A stretch of DNA of 64,000 nt, taken from the IMG/VR virus record IMGVR_UViG_3300042564_001198; one strand, 5' to 3'. This DNA comes from an uncultured virus (IMG/VR IMGVR_UViG_3300042564_001198) (Duplodnaviria; Heunggongvirae; Uroviricota; Caudoviricetes). Each line of letters starts with the position of its first letter. The first letter of the stretch is position 1. Below, in pieces: positions 59,474 to 64,000 of this stretch. Position numbers and translations under genes: made by a program. The notes beneath the pieces were generated by a model. That model made no database searches. It was not told the DNA's origin and saw only the letters and a list, made by a program, of their open reading frames with translations.

Positions 59474-60940
59474 TTATGAATTAAGGTCATATTGCGCTTT
59501 GATTGTGGGATCGTTGAGAGCGGTTAGTTTTGGGACTGTGTAAGTTTTGACACGGCACAGGAAATTAAAACAATCTGCTGTTGTATCAACCCAATCATCT
59601 TTGATTTTTCTGCTGCTGCGCCACTTACCGTCTTCGTTTGGTTGAAATTGTTCAAGCTCTCTGTAGAAAGCATTCAGCGTCCTAGTATCAGGAAAACTAT
59701 CTTCTACTATAAACACCAGACCAGATTGTGCCGCAGATAAGAAAGGTTCAAAGCGAGAAGATTTACTTCTTGTACCAGATGCGGCAGAAGGGTATATTTT
59801 AAATCCTTCGGCAACAAACTTCTTGGCAATCTCTTGAAACACTTGCTTTCCGTCTGCTCCGGCATCCTGAGCTAATACTACTTTAGTCTCTCTACCATCA
59901 TGTTTGGCTTGCAGTAGCATTAATTGGTCTCGCTCACCGGCAGCTTTTCTAAACTTCCCATAAACTTGTTCGTGTTCATCGAAAGTAGTTTTAGCAAAGT
60001 CACCATATATGTAGTAAAATCCATTACTGTCTTTAGCCATGTGAATACAAGCGGTAAAGTCTGCGTCTGTATTTTTAATCTTAGGACTATACTCTGTGTT
60101 AGCTTTATCCCAAGCTACTACTCTTTGACAACCTTCCGGTAAGGATTTTTTGACCCTTTCCCCATGTTGTCCCCTGAGCCATTTTCTGTCGAAGAATTTT
60201 ATCTTGTCACTCTCGCTGTGCCAATTTCCGAAAAGCTGGCTGGCTCTTTCATGCTCAGGTAAATTTTGAAGTTCAGACAGATAGCGCGGGTTGAGTCGGA
60301 TGAGTATTGGGTTATCAAAAATTGTTAGTTGCACAAAGCAAAACTTTTTAGGTGGTACATACATTTGCTCATTAGTGGACGGGTTGGTTATATACACCGT
60401 CTCCGGCATGTTTTCACTAAACCATTCTTCACTATCGGCAAATATAAAGTCATTATCTTTTACTACGTACCAACGAATTTGTCCATTCTTAGCCTTATCA
60501 ACAAAACCCTCATCATCGAGATACCACTTAACTAGGTCATATACCCAGTTCTCCCTGTGGGGGTTACACGTTCCGATGCAAACAGAGTTCATGTTCGCTT
60601 CCGAGCGCAAAGTTGTAAGTAAAAATAAAAGAGCCTCTTTCGGGACTTGGGTGATTTCATCCACACCCAAATAGCTAAGTTGCAAGCCGCGCATTTTTTC
60701 AGCGTCAGAAAGATTTGAAATAGCTTTGTATCGAATCTTACAACCAGAAGGAAATTGATAATATGGTGGTGGAGATTTGATAGGTCTTGCACCAAGGAGA
60801 GGGTAGTATTTGTATGCAGTCTCCCACAAACCACCAGCACCTGTCAATTGGTCATACTGAACACGGACAAACATTCCGTTGAATCGTGGATCATCTCGCC
60901 ACATTAGAGGTATCTGAGTTATTACTTCAGACTTGCCGCC
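59474..60940 (-). CDS. terL: Terminase large subunit, exon 2
   Basis: GGKS, Walker B GVDE, GTCNP, AWD.A, DD.VD nuclease motifs. Confidence 0.93.
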   Translation of the reverse strand, partial: GGKSEVITQIPLMWRDDPRFNGMFVRVQYDQLTGAGGLWETAYKYYPLLGARPIKSPPPYYQFPSGCKIRYKAISNLSDAEKMRGLQLSYLGVDEITQVPKEALLFLLTTLRSEANMNSVCIGTCNPHRENWVYDLVKWYLDDEGFVDKAKNGQIRWYVVKDNDFIFADSEEWFSENMPETVYITNPSTNEQMYVPPKKFCFVQLTIFDNPILIRLNPRYLSELQNLPEHERASQLFGNWHSESDKIKFFDRKWLRGQHGERVKKSLPEGCQRVVAWDKANTEYSPKIKNTDADFTACIHMAKDSNGFYYIYGDFAKTTFDEHEQVYGKFRKAAGERDQLMLLQAKHDGRETKVVLAQDAGADGKQVFQEIAKKFVAEGFKIYPSAASGTRSKSSRFEPFLSAAQSGLVFIVEDSFPDTRTLNAFYRELEQFQPNEDGKWRSSRKIKDDWVDTTADCFNFLCRVKTYTVPKLTALNDPTIKAQYDLNS

Positions 60941-61150
60941 CAAGTCTCAGTTATGTGTTCGCTAGGCACTTCCACCGTTTCCGGTGTTGTCGGACTATAT
61001 CTTATGCAATAAAGCATCCCTACGTTTTCATGTCGCTTGACATTACTTTAGTCTCTACACCCACGAATCTAATCGTTCGGCTCGGTATTGCCCTCGTCTA
61101 TACGTTAGGGTTTCACCGACTTAGCAGGGTTACGTGGCAGCGGTCTATTT
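60941..61150 (-). ncRNA. Group I intron (210 nt, ORF-less) in terL
   Basis: P1 CGUGGU/GCCACG; P AAGUCGGUGAA, Q CAAUACCGAGC, R GAGACUA, S AAGAUAUAGUCC; terminal G; splicing restores Walker A GGSRG|GGKS, 535 aa. Confidence 0.93.
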
Positions 61151-61291
61151 ACCACGCGAACCACCGATGATCATGAAATCTACTTCGGTAGCTCTTTTGA
61201 ATACAAGTTCTTGCATTGGAGAACAAGGTCCAATCTCTACAATCTCTTTTGGAGGAGCCTTGTTCGTTACTTTAGGTCTTTTGTTACTCAT
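61151..61291 (-). CDS. terL: Terminase large subunit, exon 1 (47 codons; absent from ORF track)
   Basis: AGGAG RBS; MSNKRPK...IGPCSPMQE...DFMIIGGSRG. Confidence 0.9.
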
Positions 61292-61343
61292 ATTTCTCCT
61301 TTTTTATAATGCACTAATTAAATGCACTATAGAAAAGAGCCAG

Positions 61344-62306
61344 CTATAAAAGCTGGTCTTCATATTCATACACTATAGATAATATCTTAGATAAATTAGA
61401 GAGGTACGTTGTCTCTACATAACCGTGCTTCATATCTACTTTCGAAACTACCTTTCTTATAATATCTTTACTTCTGTAGACTTTATTCTCAATGTCCAGT
61501 GCTGTATAACCACTAGCAAAATTGAACAAATACATAGGCTCTATATCAAAGGTAGAGTAGCGTCTGATTTCCTTCAAACGCCTTTCCATATTATTTGTAA
61601 CACCAAACTTTATAACATCGTCAGTTACTTTAAGTATGTAGAATGTTCCTGATTTCTGTGGTTGAAAACCACTTCCACCACATAGAGGACAACCTTTACC
61701 TTGAACATGATTGTCTGGTGTTATACTAAATTCACCATGTGTAGGGCAGGTGACAATCACTTTTTGTTTACAGTTCTTGAATTCTGAAACAGTAGAATAG
61801 TCGTATAAATCGCCGTGAACTGCTTTGAATTTAAGAATATAACTTTCACGACCTTTGTTGTGAAGATGACCTTTTCTTATATTGAAGCAACTTGGACAAC
61901 CATGCCCAGACATTAAATTATTTGGCTTTGCTCTGAAAGTATGACCTTCCTTACAAGTCACCTCTATGTGTACAGAAGCTCTCTCGTATTTTGCATTACT
62001 AAAATCAAAACCATGTGCAGGGAATTTAGCGTCCAACTTTTTAATAAACTCGTGCAGATTACTTGAAGCCACTTTAGATTTATATTCTCTTAGGCAGTCA
62101 CAGCATCCAATCCCACCTAACATCATTGATTGAGCATCTTGCCAATATGTGTTGCCGTGCTTGATACAAGTCACTTCGCACTTCTCGTGCTGAGTCAGGT
62201 AAACAAGGTTAGAATAGTCTAACTCTATTTTCTGGTTCTCTTTACATTTTTCAATAAATTGTTCTTGTGTAAGACGACGATATTTACCTTTCCGCTTCTC
62301 TTTCAA
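61344..62306 (-). CDS. Free-standing endonuclease: three Zn-ribbon repeats + C-terminal GIY-YIG-superfamily domain
   Basis: 3x F..K...DYS......VTC..HG.......G.GC..C; FYILK....IKFGVTN...RRL. Confidence 0.8.
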   Translation of the reverse strand: MKEKRKGKYRRLTQEQFIEKCKENQKIELDYSNLVYLTQHEKCEVTCIKHGNTYWQDAQSMMLGGIGCCDCLREYKSKVASSNLHEFIKKLDAKFPAHGFDFSNAKYERASVHIEVTCKEGHTFRAKPNNLMSGHGCPSCFNIRKGHLHNKGRESYILKFKAVHGDLYDYSTVSEFKNCKQKVIVTCPTHGEFSITPDNHVQGKGCPLCGGSGFQPQKSGTFYILKVTDDVIKFGVTNNMERRLKEIRRYSTFDIEPMYLFNFASGYTALDIENKVYRSKDIIRKVVSKVDMKHGYVETTYLSNLSKILSIVYEYEDQLL

Positions 62307-62329
62307 TTTAAAATCCTATTAATCAAATA

Positions 62330-62960
62330 CTCCCCGCGCATTGGCGCGGGTCTGTTCACAAACCCAGCACAGAGAATATTTGTTAATAGAATCTCTGTGA
62401 ACAATTTTTCGTGCCGAAGCACCAAGCCACGCCAATAGCCTGTACAACAAAATGAAATAACCAACGTACTTACGCAGAGGTTGGTTACATATTATAAGGC
62501 TTCAATGAGCCAAACAACTTAAGTGCTTTTAAGCAATAACAGATTAACGGACTGCTCTAAGTGCCCCAACGACACATTCCGTCGATTGTTTCACTTTATT
62601 TATACACGTTAACCGTAGCCATCGATAGCATCAATCGTGTTATATCTATCCCACAATTAAACTTTTACTCCCCACGAGGGAAACCTTATTACAGGGAAGT
62701 AGGCAACCTAAACAGTCCAGCTCTAATTGCTCTATGTGTAGGGTTGGGTCAGCCTTTTTGTTAACACCGGTATTCATTCCTAGTGGAATCTACAGAATGC
62801 TAAATTAGGGAGTCTGCCGCTACCAGACCAACACATTATTCACTCTTATAGTTGTCCATGTGTTATGGCGCTTGCACGGATTCCATCTGTATTTAAAGCC
62901 CTAGGGAACGTATTCGAGGGCTATCAGCAAACCACATCCCATGTGAGGATGCTGAATTCT
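62330..62960 (-). ncRNA. Candidate large structured non-coding RNA (~630 nt), family unassigned
   Basis: No credible ORF in a gene-dense late operon; about ten local hairpins incl. a cUUCGg loop, plus nested long-range helices. Confidence 0.7.
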
Positions 62961-62968
62961 TTTAAATA

Positions 62969-63085
62969 TTAAGGACCAACAATATCCACATCTAACCAAC
63001 CATCATTAATTACTGGAGGCCACTCATCAGAGATACCTTCACCATAACCAACGTCAAGGTCTAAACCCCAATCTTGTTCTTTCAT
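62969..63085 (-). CDS. Small acidic protein (38 aa)
   Basis: AAGGAGG RBS; MKEQDWGLDLDVGYGEGISDEWPPVINDGWLDVDIVGP. Confidence 0.6.
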   Translation of the reverse strand: MKEQDWGLDLDVGYGEGISDEWPPVINDGWLDVDIVGP

Positions 63086-63094
63086 AATTCCTCC

Positions 63095-63541
63095 TTATGA
63101 TTTCTTAGCTTTAGCAGCAGCCTTCTTCACAACAGGCTTAGCTTCTTGAACAGGGGCTTCTACTGTTGTGTCAACCACTACTTCCGTAGCCTGTTCTGCT
63201 TCAATTGTAGCTGCTTCTACTACGTCTGTCAAATCTTTTTCGATTACAGACATCATAAATACATACTTTCTATCGAAGATAAATGTTACACGAAGTAATG
63301 TGCTAACAATACTACGAATATCATCTTCTGTCAAATCTTTTGCATTGGCTACAACGTAATCTACTACTTCATGTAACTGAGCAAATCGAATAGTATTACC
63401 ACCAACACTATAATCGGTGCTAACATTGGTAAACATTTTTCCATTAATTTCTTTCCAGAAATCAGCATATGTTCCATTCTTCACTGCTTCATAAATTGCT
63501 GGCAAGAAGCTACTCACGCCATGATAAGTTAAATTCTTCAT
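63095..63541 (-). CDS. Hypothetical protein with Lys/Ala-rich tail
   Basis: 148 aa. Confidence 0.8.
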   Translation of the reverse strand: MKNLTYHGVSSFLPAIYEAVKNGTYADFWKEINGKMFTNVSTDYSVGGNTIRFAQLHEVVDYVVANAKDLTEDDIRSIVSTLLRVTFIFDRKYVFMMSVIEKDLTDVVEAATIEAEQATEVVVDTTVEAPVQEAKPVVKKAAAKAKKS

Positions 63542-63570
63542 TGTGTTTCCTGTGTAAATTACATTCTCTT

Positions 63571-63634
63571 AAAAATAAAAGCCCCGTTACGACGAGGAGA
63601 GGTGTGCAGAGGAGGATGCACCATCGTAACGGGG
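63571..63634 (-). terminator. Long-stem terminator-like hairpin with anti-SD loops
   Basis: CCCCGTTACGA...TCGTAACGGGG followed by CTTTTATTTTT on minus. Confidence 0.6.
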
Positions 63635-63737
63635 AAGGAGGGAACACATCACTGTGTTTTATTTTAATCGCTACCTTATGGTGATAGCTGGAGGAGAGAA
63701 GTAATGAAAATTGGTTACTTGCGGGAATGTAATTGAA

Positions 63738-64000
63738 TTAGCTTACAGCGCCAAATTTAACAACTACACCTTCGTATGTTTCTTCTTGTGTATCAGCCAT
63801 GTCATCGACATCTGATTGCTTAGCTCGTTGAAGCTCCACTTTCTCATTGTGGATAAGAAGCTCAAACCATTTACCGCTGAGGTAAACGTGAATCTTGATA
63901 GCTGCTCCAACATCACCGCGTTCTTCTAACGTAGCTGCAAGCTCTTGTAATTTCTTTAAGGATTGGGGACCGGCTAGTGACAACATAGATTCTAATTTAG
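63738..64000 (-). CDS. Probable terminase small subunit, 3' part (frame open to window edge)
   Basis: Helical, acidic tail ending in a beta-like VVVKF; upstream of terL; positional inference. Confidence 0.5.
   Translation of the reverse strand, partial: KLESMLSLAGPQSLKKLQELAATLEERGDVGAAIKIHVYLSGKWFELLIHNEKVELQRAKQSDVDDMADTQEETYEGVVVKFGAVS

Noticed and set aside
57688..60943. ORF-track fragments treated as separate portal/terminase genes (likewise nrdA and TMP halves)
   Set aside because: They are exons; the track's starts at 58443 and 60943 use intron bases
31433..61652. Many plus-strand ORFs in the late arm (and minus-strand ORFs in the early arm)
   Set aside because: Shadows antisense to well-supported genes, lacking RBS
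62561..62764. 67-aa plus-strand ORF in the structured region
   Set aside because: Antisense to the operon, GTG start without RBS, no recognisable protein features
62330..62960. tRNA cluster, tmRNA, RNase P or a fifth intron
   Set aside because: No T-loop/cloverleaf, no GAUAUAGUC S element, no group II domain V, no flanking split gene
63704..63736. Plus-strand micro-ORF MKIGYLRECN behind GGAGGAG
   Set aside because: Only 10 codons, antisense to the late operon, no promoter seen; covered under the anti-SD element
1..64000. CRISPR array, rRNA, tRNA, integrase, inteins
   Set aside because: No regularly spaced repeats or recognisable motifs seen by eye; a degenerate tRNA could have been missed

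Overview
64-kb segment of an AT-rich tailed dsDNA phage with a contractile tail (myovirus). I saw no integrase or repressor, and the sigma70-type promoters fit a proteobacterial host. Layout: a short leftward early block (1-2 kb), then a long rightward early/replication arm (2-30.7 kb) with a primase-helicase, family A DNA polymerase, exonucleases, MazG-like protein, thyX, glutaredoxin and nrdAB. This arm meets the leftward late arm at a bidirectional terminator. The late arm carries fibres/spikes, lysis genes, baseplate, tape measure, tube, sheath, neck, capsid, protease, portal, terL and a probable terS. Features the ORF track hides: (1) four group I introns, in nrdA, tape measure, portal and terL, each placeable to the base because splicing restores a conserved motif; (2) a ~630-nt densely and long-range base-paired region between the probable terS and terL that looks like a large ncRNA, abutting a GIY-YIG-superfamily nuclease; (3) a transposase-less TnpB with a rearranged RuvC site, whose predicted guide is the remnant of a displaced phage gene; (4) a second, compact PolA/T7-RNAP-like protein behind a GCGAAGC hairpin cluster; (5) two broken UV-repair glycosylase genes around a free-standing endonuclease; (6) an anti-Shine-Dalgarno/GGA-rich hairpin element; (7) a dispersed ~90-bp helically phased AACGCTCT element; (8) a lambda-type GGGAAAG tail-chaperone frameshift. 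All calls come from reading motifs by eye; no searches were run.
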